Positions 50,117 through 63,425 of a stretch of DNA of 64,000 bases are shown here, piece by piece. The notes under the pieces were generated by a model. The model searched no databases. It saw only the letters and a list, made by a program, of their open reading frames with translations, and was not told where the DNA came from. The translations under genes and the position numbers were made by a program. This DNA is from Anolis carolinensis (lineage: Eukaryota), in the NCBI RefSeq assembly GCF_035594765.1, contig NC_085845.1:123210897-123274896 (forward strand), in the 5' to 3' direction. Each line of letters opens with the position of its first letter. Position 1 is the stretch's first letter.

Positions 50117-50452
50117 GTACTAGCATGGGAAGTAATCAGTGGAGCCTCCTCCCCAGTCAGGCATGCAGCTTGCCCCAGGTCCAGCACAGGATAGGGTCTG
50201 CTTGAAGCCATTGCCAGAGCCTCCTCCTGTGCCAGGCACATGGCTTGCCAACATTGAGTGGGAAAGAGAGGAGCCCTGCCACTGCCACAAGGGCACAACG
50301 AAGGAGATAAAGGACATACAAACCAAATAACTTAAATGAAAACTCAGAGGTGACTATTTTGATCCATTTGTGTTCGACGGGAGCTGGCTCTGGGAGTTGT
50401 AAATCTGATTTTAAGTACAGATTTAGCAAAACACTAAATTTTACAACGCTCT

Positions 50453-51650
50453 GGGTTGTTGTATGTCTTTCGGGCTGTGTGGCCATGTTCCGGAAGTATT
50501 CTCTCCTGATGTTTCACCCACATCTATGGCAGGCATCCTCAGAGTTGTGAGGCATGGATAAACTAGGCAAGGAAAGGAAAAAATATATATCTGTGGAGAG
50601 TCCTTTGTCAGTTGGAAGCCAGCATTAATGTTTCAGTTAATCACCCTAATTAGCATTGGAAAGGTTTGTCTCTTGCCTTTGTTCAGTCATTAGCCGTCCT
50701 TGGGGCTGCTCTGCCCTCAGAGAGTTGGTTCCCATCTACTGTTTTGATTTTAGAGTTTTTTAATACTGGTAGCCAGATTTTGTTCATTTTCATGGTTTCC
50801 TCCTTTCTGTTGAAGTTGTGCACATAGAATCATAGAATCATAGAGTTGAAAGAGACCTCATGGGCCATCCAGTCCAACCCCCTGCAAGAAGCAGGAAATC
50901 GTATTCAAAGCACCCCTGACAGATGGCCATCCAGCCTCTGTTTAAAAGCTTCCAAAGAAGGAGCCTCCACCACAGTCTGGGGGAAAGAGTTCCACAGCCG
51001 AACAGCCCTCACAGTGAGGAAGTTCTTCCTGATGTTCAGGAGGAATCTCCTTTCCTGTAGTTTAAAGCCATTGTTCCGTGTCCTAGTCTGCAGGGCAGCA
51101 GAAAAAAAGCTTGCTCCCTCCTCCCTATGACTTCCCCTCACATATTTGTACATGGCTATCATGTCTCCTCTTAGCCTTCTCTTCTTCAGGCTAAACATGC
51201 CCAGTTCTTTAAGCCTCTCCTCATAGGGCTTGTTCTCCAGACCCTTCATCATTTTAGTCGCCCTCCTCTGGACGCTTTCCAGCTTGTCAACATCTCCCTT
51301 CAACTGCGGTGCCCAGAATTGGACACAGTATTCCAGGTGTGGTCTGACCAAGGCAGAATAGAGGGGGAGCATGACTTTCCTGGATCTGGATGCTATACCC
51401 CTATTGATGCAGGCCAGAATCCCATTGGCTTTCTTAGCAGCCGCATCACATTGCTGGCTCATGTTTAACTTGTTGTCCACATGCTTGTGGATTTCGATGG
51501 CTTCTCTGTGTAGTCTGACATGATAGTTGTTGGAGTGGTCCAGCATTTCTGTGTTCTCAGATAATATACTGTGTCCAGGCTGGTTCATCAAGTGCTCTGC
51601 TATGGCTGATTTCTCTGGTTGAATTAGTCTGCAGTGCCTTTCATGTTCTT
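50453..51650 (-). mobile_element. Penelope-like element 3' part (GIY-YIG C-terminus plus pLTR) split by CR1
   Basis: EHERHCRL...KSAIAEH...[12 protein letters not shown]; degraded hammerhead at 50505-50545. Confidence 0.9.
50826..51471 (-). mobile_element. 5'-truncated CR1 LINE
   Basis: KLNMSQQC...[15 protein letters not shown]...RRLRGDMI; (ATTCTATG)n tail; TSD gttgtgcacat/gttgtccacat. Confidence 0.95.
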
Positions 51651-51651
51651 G

Positions 51652-51841
51652 ACTCCCACCCGAGGAGAGCGTGGATGAGCTCCCTCTATCAGCTCCAGCT
51701 CCATGCGGGGACACTAGAGAAGCCTCCCACAAGGATGGTAAAACATCAAAACATCCGGGCGTCACCTGGGCAACGTCCTTGCAGACGGCCAATTCTCTCA
51801 ATCCAGAAGTAACTCCAGTTGCTCCTGAGACAAAAAAAAAA
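51652..51841 (+). mobile_element. AnolisSINE2-like SINE, 5' part missing
   Basis: Homologous to 49940-50115; A tail. Confidence 0.85.
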
Positions 51842-52952
51842 GTCTCTTACAATTTTTTGCACAGACCTATTGGTCATAGAAAACTTGGACATTGGATCCC
51901 TGCCTTTAGATCCCTGAAAAAACAGAAACCAACATCAATTAGCTGGTGTGGTTTTCCTCCCCTCAGTAAGAGATGTGCAACAGCCAGTCAAATTGCCTGA
52001 GAATATGACTTTCATCCTTCCCTCCCCACATTCTACAGGATGAAAACACGAGTCTAGGGTAAGTCGGTACTGAGGCTTAATCATGCACCCAAATAGACAT
52101 GCATGTCAGTTGTAATTGCGATGGGAAGAGAACTACAATCTTGCAGTATAACCAACAGCCCTATTTGTGTTTTTATCTCATCAGTGTGTGTGTATATGTA
52201 TTCATCTGCTCTGTAATTTACAAGAAAGAAAACACTTACATTGAAAATGAAGGCATGTTACAAAGGTCCAAAAATAACCAGCCATAGAATAAAATGCTCT
52301 AGCAATTTTCCACAAGTAATATTGAGCAATTCAGATACAGCAAATTCTATGGGCTTTCTTAGTCATGTCTTATACCCTTTGGAGAAGGGGCACATGGAGA
52401 ATGCAAATCAATGATGCAGGGACACAAGTCTGTTGAAAATGCAATAATTGAAGAACAATCACAAGCAGCTGACATGAAAAGAGTCTGTAACATAACATGG
52501 CATTGTTTATATTTGTTTTTCCTCAGAGGGATGTGGTAGAAAGTGGGGAGGGGAAAGTATGAACTTATTTAAACAATAAGCACATGCTAAGCCAGCTGGT
52601 GCAGTCTGCAGGGACAGAATATATGGGTCAGCATATTCCATCATCAGCATTTTTCTATTCTGGTAAAGCACCTGCTTGAGTAAACAGACAACATGGGGCC
52701 CCAGTGCAGCAAAATTACATTATTAAAGAGACAGCTTCCCAAATTTGTGGCCTACTTAGATTTTTCTCTCTCTAGAAACAAGCTAAATCTTGTCAAAAGG
52801 AAGCCCTGTGCTTTATAAACATGCTTCAATCAGACACCGAATTCCTTTAACTGTTGCACACATAACAAATAGCATCAAAGATACTATAATTACATTAGAT
52901 AGTGAACTTCTGTGGCATTTTGTTTACGTCATCTGAGACAATTTATTAGTGT

Positions 52953-53270
52953 AAAAAGGTAAAGGTTTTCCCCTGACGTTAAGTCCAGTCGTGACCGACT
53001 CTGGGGGTTGGTGCTCATCTCCATTTCTAAGTCGAAGAGCCGGCGTTGTCCGTAGACACCTCCAAGGTCATGTGGCCGGCATGACTGCATGGAGCACCGT
53101 TACCTTCCCGCCAGAGCAATAGCTATTGATCTACTCACATTTGCATGTTTTCAAATTTCTAGGTTGGCAGGAGCTGGGGCTAACAGCGGGCGCTCATTCC
53201 GCTCCTGGGATTTGAACCTGGGACCTTTTGGTCCGCAAGTTCAGCAGCTCAGTGCTTTAACACACTGTGT
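52953..53270 (-). mobile_element. Sauria SINE
   Basis: Family sequence with an (AAAGGT) tail. Confidence 0.92.
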
Positions 53271-53322
53271 CATTTATTAATGACAGTCATATTATGTTAT
53301 AGTATACTATATGTTATAGAAT

Positions 53323-53634
53323 GGAGCTTCCGGTGGTGCAGGTGGTTAAACTGTTGAGCTGCTGAACTTGCTGACTGAAAGGTTGGTGGTTCAAATCCGG
53401 GGATTGGGTGAGCTCCCGCTGGTAGCCCCAGCTTCTGACAACTTAGCAGTATGGAAACATGCACATGTGAGTTGATCAATAGGTACCACTCCAATGGGAA
53501 GGTAACGGCACTCCATGCAGTTATGCCGGCCTCATGATCTTGGAGACATCTTCGGCTTAGAAATGGAGATGAGCACCAACCCCCAGAGTTGGACATGACT
53601 AGACTTAATGTAAGGGGAAAACCTTTACCTTTAC
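53323..53634 (+). mobile_element. Sauria SINE
   Basis: 13-bp TSD tatgttatagaat; (ACCTTT)n tail. Confidence 0.92.
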
Positions 53635-54286
53635 TATGTTATAGAATACAATGTGCTTAAATAGATTTTCCTGTTACAGTTTTAGTTAAGACAAGAGAAC
53701 TGCCTGATTGGTTAGTTAAGTTGAGAGAACACTTTTTCAAAGAACTACCCAATGAATTCCAGCTCTGAATGATTCTATATAGTCTCTCCCTCCTCCTCCC
53801 CCTTTTCCTCTTGGAATGATGAGAGGTGTTTGGCTGGGGGTGATGTCATTCATTTTTTGTCCTGGGTGTGTGTTTTTGATGCTTTTTAATATTCTAATTT
53901 CATGGTTTAAATGATGACACAAAGCATTCATTTAATGACATAATGTGTTCATTGTTTTTATTTTTTATATTTAAATGTTATGCATTTAAATGTTTTAATC
54001 AGCACTGTGTCATGTTTATTGTTAGCTGTCTTGAGCCTCTATATCAGGAGAAAGGAGGGATAAAACTAAAGTAAATAAACAAAAAAAAATTGAAAATCTT
54101 CCATGCCATGCTTTAGAGCAGTGGAAGAAGCTGAAATTCCATGGATAACATTTGTGTGTGTGTGTGTGTGTGTTTAAACTACAAGACACTGAGCCCTTCT
54201 GAGAATGGGGCAGGTCTGTTGTCAGGCCAATGTGCTCGTAACAGTCTGGTTGACCCTGTAATATGTACATATATGCATGTACATAT

Positions 54287-55091
54287 TAGGCATGTGCGAT
54301 CCATGAAAAAAATGCTTCAATACTCGCTTCAAAAGTAGGGGGTGCTGGCACTTCGTTTCTAAAGTCATTTCTGAATTTTGAAGCAAAAAAACTTTCTGAA
54401 GCTTTCCGAAGCTTCGTATGTACTTCGTTAATGGCAGATGCGCATGTGTGTAAAGGAAAACATTATCGTCAATGGGGAAAATTGAGGGGCCCCTTTCTCC
54501 CTCATTTTTTGAGCTATCCTAATGAAATTTGCTACAGTGGTAGAACAGGGTGATAGTTTGCTTTCCCTGCCCATTGGGTGGAGAGTTGTAGTTTGGGGTT
54601 TTGCCAGCACACTGGGATTGATTCCCCCTTTCCTCACTTAATGTTTCTTGCAAAAGCAGGAGAGGTTTTGCAAGGGAGATCCTGCAGAGGCAAAGCCCTG
54701 CAATTATCAGGCTCTCTCCCTTCCCTGTCTCTCTTCTGCAAGCCCCAGGTTTATCCTCCCTCCACTTTTGCAAGCCTGGGTTTAAGTGTGGGAAGACGAA
54801 GATCCAGGCTCTCTTCACTTCTGGAAGCCGATTGAAGCGCCCCATAGAAAGCAACCACTCCAAAACGGGATGGGGGATTTCTCACCTGAATAGCAAAAAG
54901 TTGGTTGAATTAAAACACTTTCCTATATATCCGAAAGGTTATCCGAAGGTATTTAGAGGCATGGGCACCAATGCTTCGAATTGGAAGGTTAATTCTGTAG
55001 CGCCATACCATCTTGGAAACCCCTTCGGATCTATTTTGAATAATGAATTAATTACGATAAACGACTTCTTCCGAAGATTTGCCCATCCCTA
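54287..55091. mobile_element. Non-autonomous hAT element (TAGG-type TIR)
   Basis: taggcatgtgc...gcccatcccta ends; 8-bp TSD gtacatat/gtacgtat; subterminal ttcgaa-like repeats. Confidence 0.85.
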
Positions 55092-55332
55092 GTACGTATG
55101 TGTGTATTCTGGTGATCCAAGCATTTTCCAAGCTAGCCTATGCAGTTTTGTAGGGGAAATTGTGATGGCATTTATCATTAAGTTCAGAAGAGAAATGCAG
55201 AAAAATTTCAAGTGCAACAAGGCTCGTAGACAATGTGTAACAGACTAAGAAACTAACAATATAACGCCAATGAAACATAGCTGCTCAGAATGAGAAATAT
55301 ATGTGAAGCTCATCAGTTAGGCAATAGGTATG

Positions 55333-55410
55333 AAAAGATCCAACTATATAGTAGACATCATTCTCAGGTGTAAAAGAACCAACTATATAGGAGGCATCAT
55401 TCTCAGGTGT
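55333..55410. repeat. 39-bp tandem duplication
   Basis: aaaaga.ccaactatatag.ag.catcattctcaggtgt twice. Confidence 0.9.
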
Positions 55411-56759
55411 TCAGGAGCTGGCAAGAGACCCCAGTGATATATTGCTACAACAAGACACATTTTGATTGGAAATGGGCTCAACAATTTATCCTATTCAGTC
55501 TGTTGTTTTCACCAGGGAGTTCAACTATTCAGTATATATAAATTTACACCTTTGGCTTTACATTATATATGCTGAGACGAACAAGTCCAGATGATTGTAA
55601 AAGATCCACTACTCCAGTTACAAGCTTTTATTAAACTGAAATCTCCTAATTATTAAAGGTCACCTTTGTCACTGAAGTCCTTTGATTGCCGAATCAGTAT
55701 GCTTGCCACAAATAAAGTCAAGTGACTCAGCTTCCTTCACTTCAATGCAACTAATCATTAAAATCAATTTTCCTTAGAATATCAGGTTTCTAGAGAACTG
55801 AGTTAGTCTAGTTTTCCCAAAGCACCTGGTTTGGGTCACTCAGGTCTCCTTTTCATTGCCAAGCCAAAGACTTTGAATGACACTCCTCCTGCAATAATAA
55901 CAAAAAGATTTTCTTTATCCTGGCTTCATATGAGGACGGATCTAATAATAAAACAGATATGGTATCTTTCATGTTCTGAATATAGTTTCCCTAAACATGT
56001 TAACTTCTACCTCTCTCCTTGCCTTTCCTTTCCCTTTCTTTTTTGCATGGGGATAGCATGTAGTATGGTTGTATCTGTGTTCAGAAATACTCCTGGAGTC
56101 TTGCTTTTAGCAATCGCCTGAGATCGAGAAACTTTCAGCTACTAAGAAATAAGATTGAGTGAGTGTGTAGTTTTAAGTACCCATGGGTGGCATTTTAAGC
56201 CTCGGGTACTAAATCTGATCACTATATCTCAACGGCAAGCATAAGTGAGAGGTCTGCTAATAATATCCCAAAATTCTATAAAACTAGGGGAGGCTTATAT
56301 AGCCCCACAGTGTTGAAATTGTTTAAAGCAAAAACAATCCTGCAATTAGCTTATGGTTCTTTTCTGGGATTTACTTCTTTATCATTTGTCCCACTAGAAA
56401 GAGTGCAATCTAAGTTTCTAAGATCGCTTATGCAGAATCTCAATGATATTTCTAATTCATGATCAGGCTTGAAACTAGAAGCATGCCTATCTATGGGATG
56501 AAAAAATGATGTGAATAAAGAATTTAATGGACAAATAATAAGAGCCAGCCTTTTAGCAATGTGGAAAAAGTACAAGAAGGGGATAGAGCCAAAAACTCCC
56601 TTATGGCTGTATCCACTGGAAGCAGTCCTAAGACAGACCACACACAATTGAACCTGGAATGTACAATGAATATTTGGTCAAAGAGAAAATGCAATGGATA
56701 CATAAGGGCAGAGAAGAATCTGGAACAATGCTGTTACATTTTACTTTGTATACTAACCT

Positions 56760-57506
56760 AAAACTTGGTCACAGAGGTCCATGCTCTTGTTACATCCTGA
56801 ATTGACTACTCTAACAAACTCTACATAGGGTTGCCTTTGAAGACTGTTTGGAAGTTTCAAGTGGTCCAACAGGCGGCAGCCACATTGGAGCGATGTACAG
56901 GGAGCATACAACCCCCTGTTGCGTCAGCTCCACTGGCTGCCAGTCTGCTACTGAGCACAATTCAAAGTGCCAGCTTTAGCCTATAAAGCCCTACATGATT
57001 CTGGCCCAGCTTACCTGTCTGAATGTATCTCCCTCTATGATCCACCTCGGAGGTTAAGATCATCAGGGGAGACCCTGCTCTTGGTCCCACCCCACTTGCA
57101 AGCGCAACTGGTGGGGACAAGAGACAGGGCCTTCTCAGTGGTGGCCCCTTGTCTGTGGAACTCCCTCCCCAATGAAATCAGATCAGCCCCTTCTCCCTTG
57201 ACCTTCAAGAAAAAAACTTAAGATGTAACTTTGGAACCAATTCTTTCACCAGTAATTGGAGCAGTGAAATAAATGACTGCGAATTAATGTGATTGACAAA
57301 TGGAATCGCCCTGGATTATGATTTGGATTGTTTGATTTTAATTGATGTTTTTAATAATTGATGTATTAAGTGCTTGCATTTTAACTGTATTTGTTAATTT
57401 TATTGATATATATGTGTATGGCATCAAATTGCTGCCTGTTGTAAGGCTGCCATAATTCCCCTTTGGGTTGAGAATGGTGGGATACAAAGTGGTAAATAAA
57501 TAAATA
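56760..57506 (+). mobile_element. L2 LINE 3' fragment
   Basis: HALVTS.IDYSN...LHWLP...RAFSVVAPCLWNSLP, 3' UTR, (TAAA)n tail. Confidence 0.9.
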
Positions 57507-57642
57507 ATATAATATAACCACCGCACCAATGTGGATGAATGATATTTACTGTTTGTTAACCGTAAATATCAATTTGATTTGATTTGACTTCTAGTTCTGC
57601 TTGTAACCAATTTAATGGAATTTGCATTTTAGTACAATGTAA

Positions 57643-57950
57643 AGGAGCCCCGGTGGCGAAGTGCGTTAAAGCACTGAGCTGGAGACCGAAAGGTCCCAGG
57701 TTCAAACCCCGGGAGCGGCGGGGGCGGCCGCTGTTAGCACCAGCTCCTGCCAACCTAGTAGCTCGAAAACATGCCAATGTAAGTAGATCAATAGGTACCG
57801 CTCCGGTGGGAAGGTAATCATGCCGGCCACATGACCTTGGAGGTGTCTACAGTCATTGCCGGCTCTTCAGCTTAGAAATGGAGATGAGCACCAACCCACA
57901 GAGTCAGACTTGACTGGACTTAACATCAGGGGAAACCTTTACCTTTACCT
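57643..57950 (+). mobile_element. Sauria SINE
   Basis: Family sequence with an (ACCTTT)n tail. Confidence 0.92.
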
Positions 57951-57952
57951 AA

Positions 57953-58268
57953 CAGTGTGTTAAAGCGCTGAGCTACTGAACTTGCAGAGCAAAAGGTCGC
58001 AGGTTTGAATCTGGGGAGTGGAGTGAGAGCCTGCTGTTAGCTCCAGCTTCTGCCAACTTAGCAGTTTGAAAACATGCAAATGTGAGTAGATCACTAGGTA
58101 CCGCTCCGGCGGGCAGGTAACAGCGCTCCATGCAGTCATGCCAGCCACATGACCTTGGAGGTATCTACGGACAACTCTGGCTCTTTGGCTTAGAAATGGA
58201 GATTAGCACCAACCTCCAGAGTTGGACACGACTGGACTTAACGTCAGAGGAAACTTTTACCTTTACCT
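57953..58268 (+). mobile_element. Sauria SINE (tandem copy, extreme 5' end missing)
   Basis: Family sequence directly after the previous copy. Confidence 0.92.
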
Positions 58269-59656
58269 ACATTGTATCTCTATTTAGATAGTGGAAAAAT
58301 TGCCTAGGGTCCATTTTCATTGCTGTGTTGCTTCCATCCCTTTTAGGATCTCTTAGGAGTTCCTGTAAAATTTGGGTGTCAAAAGCTTTGTCAAATCACT
58401 AGAGAATAACATTTATTCCCCCACCTCCCCTCCTGTTTATTTATTGCTCTAAAGACTAGAATCTTAGTTAAATTAGCTGTTGTAAGTTTCCATTAATTCA
58501 CATTTTATCCAAATACAACTGTGCAATATGTTATTTATATTCCACACTGCTTGTTTTGAACAGTGAATATGCTTCCAATATTAATTTTCCCATTTTGAAG
58601 GATTTGTGGATTTTCATAATGTTTATTTAATTCTGTGCCTTGTATGCCTGAAATGCATGCAATTGTCCATGACACAGTCATGGACCAACTGATACCCTCT
58701 TAGAATTCATGTCACTGTATAATTGAATGCCTTTTCCCCATCTCTATGCAAAATATAAACATTTGCCTTGTGCCAGTTGTCCATCATTTACAAAATTTCA
58801 TTAATTTTTTCTTGGTCAATGATCCACTGTCAAATAAGATTCCCAGGATATTAGCAAATATGATTCTATAGTATGTTCTATTACCAGGAGTCTGGTTCAA
58901 AAATTCTAAAGTTTGTGATCCGCCAACTAAATTAGCATGCTATCCCCATGTCAGATGATATTTTAGGATATGGAAGTTTTCATTATAATGTTAGAATCAT
59001 GACAGAACATTAAGAAATGTTGAAGATGTAGTTTTCCCGTGATAATCTCACGCGAACTGTTTTTGATGCCTAAAAGCTAAATATATACAGTGTCTGTCTT
59101 GTGAAGTGTTGTTTGTTTGGTGTTGTAAGGAAGTATCAGTCAGCTAATTAAAAGACTTTAAAAGTATGTTTTATCCTTTATAGATGTAAGGCAGATATAC
59201 AAGAGCATGACTGAGAGCAAAAATGCAATAAATATGCAAAACAAAATAAATGTAATGCCAAAAAAAGCAACTAAATACGAACATATTCCTAAGCAAACAA
59301 AAATATATTGCTGTTGGGGAATACTATTTGCACTGTTGGTGGCAGCTTTATTTCATGGAGAAAATATTTCATAAACAAGGCAGCCCAGCTAATAAGTTTA
59401 TCATCCTTGCTGCCACATAACATATCCGAAGTCCCTGCAGAACAATCTCAAATGTCCAGCCATGAGCAGTGTAGCACAAGAAGAGGCATTCCTGTTGGTA
59501 TTTTGAACACAGGACATCTGAGTCCTGAAAGCATCTTGAATTCACCCTCCTGAGATGTTGGGTTGGAGTCCACATCGTCCAGGAGGGACTGTCGCCTCTA
59601 CCTCTGTTGCTATTCCTGGATGGCTGCTGAGCCCTTCTGGCCATTTAAGACAAACA

Positions 59657-59809
59657 GGGCTCTTCCAGACAGACCCTATATCCCAGGATCTGATCCCAGG
59701 TTTTTTTTGCTTTAAACTGGATAATATGAGTCCTAACTGTCAGATAATTTAGGATAACCAGAAAACCTGGGATCAGATCCTGGGATATCGGGCCTGTCTG
59801 GAATGGCCC
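59657..59809. mobile_element. Palindromic MITE (PIF/Harbinger-like)
   Basis: ~50-bp arms: gggctcttccagacag...atatcccaggatctgatcccagg and cctgggatcagatcctgggatat...ctgtctggaatggccc. Confidence 0.75.
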
Positions 59810-60649
59810 TTAGTACTGATATCAGCAGAGACATCTGCATGACCAGAAAAAAGGAAGGATCCAGTCTCCTCACTTTTTTTCCTGGTCATGTAGGCACTTC
59901 TGCTGCTGTCAGCAATAGGCAACCAAGACAGCAAGGACCTCATATGGATTTCTGAGGCTGTGTGGGAGTGGTGATGACAGCAATGTTGGCATGACCCATC
60001 CCTCTTTTTTGCACTGGTTAGCGAAATGGCATCACTGCCACATATAAACAGCAGACCAGTTCAAATTTGACCCATTCCTGCTATCTTCACTGCCTCAAAT
60101 CTGTGAGGTTACTTCAAAGTTTCAAGAATATCCCCACATACACAACAATGACTGTAATTCACGGAAATGATGAATTAGTGAATGAGCCTCTGTGGCCAGA
60201 GTTTTCCAGTTCAAGTATGATCATAGTTAGTGAAACAAATATAACTGGTAAAAGGTAATCTTGATCACGGAATCCCCCTGAAGCAAAGCTGTATTGGATT
60301 GTACCTACCAAACTTTATGTCAATTATTTCAAGGGGAATGAAGAAGTTCAACAAATTCATAAACCTCCTACCCACCAGGCTTCAATGTGCCTGCCTTCAC
60401 TCAGCAAACTGTAAATAAGACACTTATATCAATTTATTTTAATCATAAGATAAGGAATAGTATTTGCTGAAACAATTCCAATGGTCAACAATATGTCTCA
60501 AGGTAGAATACAAAGTGCTGAGTATAACCTGTGGAACTTAGCTTGAATCCAGACTATTTGAAAAACTACATCCCTCTCTATGAGTCTACTTCTGCAGAGG
60601 AAAGCCTTCTCTCAGTGCCAACACCATACAAGGTCACATCTATACTGAC

Positions 60650-61095
60650 CAGGGCTGGCCCTAGGTAATTTTCATGTGTAGGTGAACAGAATTTTGGTGC
60701 CCCCCCAGCCGGCCCCTCCTCCTCCTCCTCTTCCTATGGAGCCCGGTGCGGACAATGGCATAGTAGGGACACCGCTGGTGTGAGAAGAAGGAGGAGGGGG
60801 CGGGGGCGGCTGGAAGTGGGCAGCGCTGCGCCAGTGAAGGTCTCTCTTGTTGTCCCTCTGGGCGCACCTCTGGCAGCAAGTCTAGGAGGAGGAGGAGGTG
60901 GGGGTGCACGTGCATGCATGCATGCATGCGCACACACAGGAGGGTGTGCCCCCTCCCAGCGGAGAGGGGAAAAAAGAAAAAAAAGACAAGAAGCTGCTCA
61001 ACTTGAAGGCACCTCAAGAGGTGCCTCAACTACGCCCCCCAGAGCATGGCACCTTTAGCAACCGCCTAGTTGTCCTAACGGGTGAACCGCCCTTG
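60650..61095. mobile_element. Non-autonomous hAT element (CAGGGC-type TIR)
   Basis: cagggctggcc...accgcccttg ends; TSD atactgac/atactggc; left end matches the elements at 17254 and 30357. Confidence 0.85.
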
Positions 61096-63229
61096 ATACT
61101 GGCCACTTAATGTAAAAGGTCTCTTTATCAGCTGTATGATATTCAAATTTGGCCTTGATCTGCATTAACCAAAGTTGGAGTATACTCTGAATTCTAGCCC
61201 AGAATTTGGAGTATATCCTGATTTTGGGTTCATGTAAACAGTTGGGTCAATTCCTAGATAGAACCAGCCACAACACTTTACACTGCTCAGATGGCATGAG
61301 GACATGAGAGGGTGCTAACTATACATATGTTCTTTGTGTTGTGTTCTCTAGACATGATATAATCCTACCCATTGGCCACAGCCAGCAGCAATGTAAGCTG
61401 GGGTGACTGGGGTGACTGGGGGAGGAAGGGAGAGAGGATGTGTGATTCCTCTACTGTCCTCCCTCATACCCTAAATAATGCCATTGAAGGTGATGGCTGA
61501 CTGGTAAGACCCATAATGTGTACAGAAACCATCATAACTCTGAGAACAGAAGAGGGTGGTGAAGGTAGCCATTTAGTGAGGCTGAAGCAGATTCAGTGCT
61601 GCTGGGTTCTTGGGGCTCTTTCCTGCCTCTGCAAAGGGCAAAGGGCTTCCTGTAGTGAATTGGACTGCAATGTAGTGGATATGCCCCCAAATAGCAGATT
61701 GGTGTAGATCTACCCAATCTAGGGTGGCCATCAGAAAAAATCTTATCCACGACTATTCCTAAGTTATACTACTTCACCAGGAGGTCATGTTATTCTTCTC
61801 CTTGATCTCTTACTGCTAGAGGGTAAATATATATTTTTATTTAAAATAGCTTTTGGGTTTTACTGTGTTGTGGCAAATAGGAAATGTGCTGTGTTTTTTT
61901 TGTTATATTTTAAAAATCTTTTAATGCTGTTTTCACTTGATTTTGTTTTAACTTGTGTATTACGAAATTTGAAATTGTATTGTGCTTTTAAAATATCGTA
62001 CACTGTCTTGGGACCCATGCTGGGAGAAAGGTGGGGGTGTAACATATCTTAGGTGTGACATTTCAATGCAAGCAACCAGATGTTGCAGTGACATGTGGCT
62101 GAAAATCAATATGTAAACCAACCCTAGTCATCTGGCATCCATGGCTCTGAAAAATTATACAGCTGAAATATAGATGGCATGACAATAACTATATACTTTC
62201 TGCACAAAATCTAGTGCTTTTGTGTAATAAGCATACAAAATCTAAGAAGAAGGTACACAGATTAGGAGAAAAGAAAAATGAACAAAAAAAAACACCAATG
62301 ATAAGCACCCTGCCTGCACAGAAACAATCAAAGTAATTGGAAACAGATGGGCTAAGCAAAATGCAGTACCAGTGTGAATAGGACCTAAAAGACCACATGA
62401 AAATCTGAAAGTCAAAGCTATTATCTCTGGAATGACTTGTTATGGGTTGGCCAGAAATGAAAGCTCTTGATGGTTAGAAGGCTAGTTCAAGATCTAGGTT
62501 TTGTGAATTAATCAACATATTCATGTGATGGGAAAAGTTATCCAAGGCATAGTGCTGGCTGCATATTAATTTATGAGATTAGTCTCCGCTCTGCCAAAAT
62601 GGTGATTCAAATCTTTAAATGGAAACAAAAAAGTATGAAAATGTAATTGTTACATTCTCCCAGATTTTTTTTTTTTAAAAAAAAAACCTTTCCCATCAAA
62701 TTGATCCTTTTTTTCATTTGGATTAAGATGACTGCAATTTATCTTGATTGATGCTGTTGGGTCCAGAGTTGCAAGAATACAGGAGGGAACATGCTTTGGC
62801 AGTAGTTCTTTTGTAATTTTGGCTGCATTACAAATTTCAGCAAACATATTTTTGCTGGGAATATGATAACAGCACATGAGACATTATTGATATATATGCA
62901 GGGGACATCTTTTTGTGAAACATTTGTTATTTTTAAAACAATTGTGGGCTTGTCTATCAAGAAATTGTAGACTATACAGAAATATGACGTATGAATCAGT
63001 ATCATTTTATATTTCATTCAGCAGCACTGCTGTTTGTTTGCAAAGGGCAGGATACTACGTTTCTGAATATTTCAAACAGGAGAAAAAGAATGAAAAAAGT
63101 TGGGCGACAATTTGATGGGGAGAGAGATAAATGGGAAATCTGAAACAGTTCACTGATCACAGATCACATCCATGTTATCTTTCAATGGCAAGTGCCACTG
63201 CATGGCTTGCTCCCATAAATGAGTTGTCA

Positions 63230-63425
63230 CAATTTAAAAACACATCTGAAGACTTATCTCTTCTGGCAGGCCTATCCAGTCAGTTTTAATCATGAATTCT
63301 AAACTCATGTCTTGTGTTCACTATATTTTAATCATTGTTTCCTGTATTTTAATTTATGTATTTTGTAGCAATACAATGTGTATTTTATATAATGATTATG
63401 TATTTTTAGCTATGTTGTAACCCAC
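63230..63425 (+). mobile_element. L2 3' tail remnant
   Basis: ctgaagac.t.tctcttctggcaggccta matches ~29317-29345. Confidence 0.6.

Noticed and set aside
62650-63115. Possible conserved non-coding element (also ~1260-1500 and ~18800-19050)
   Set aside because: Repeat-free appearance only; conservation cannot be assessed without alignments.
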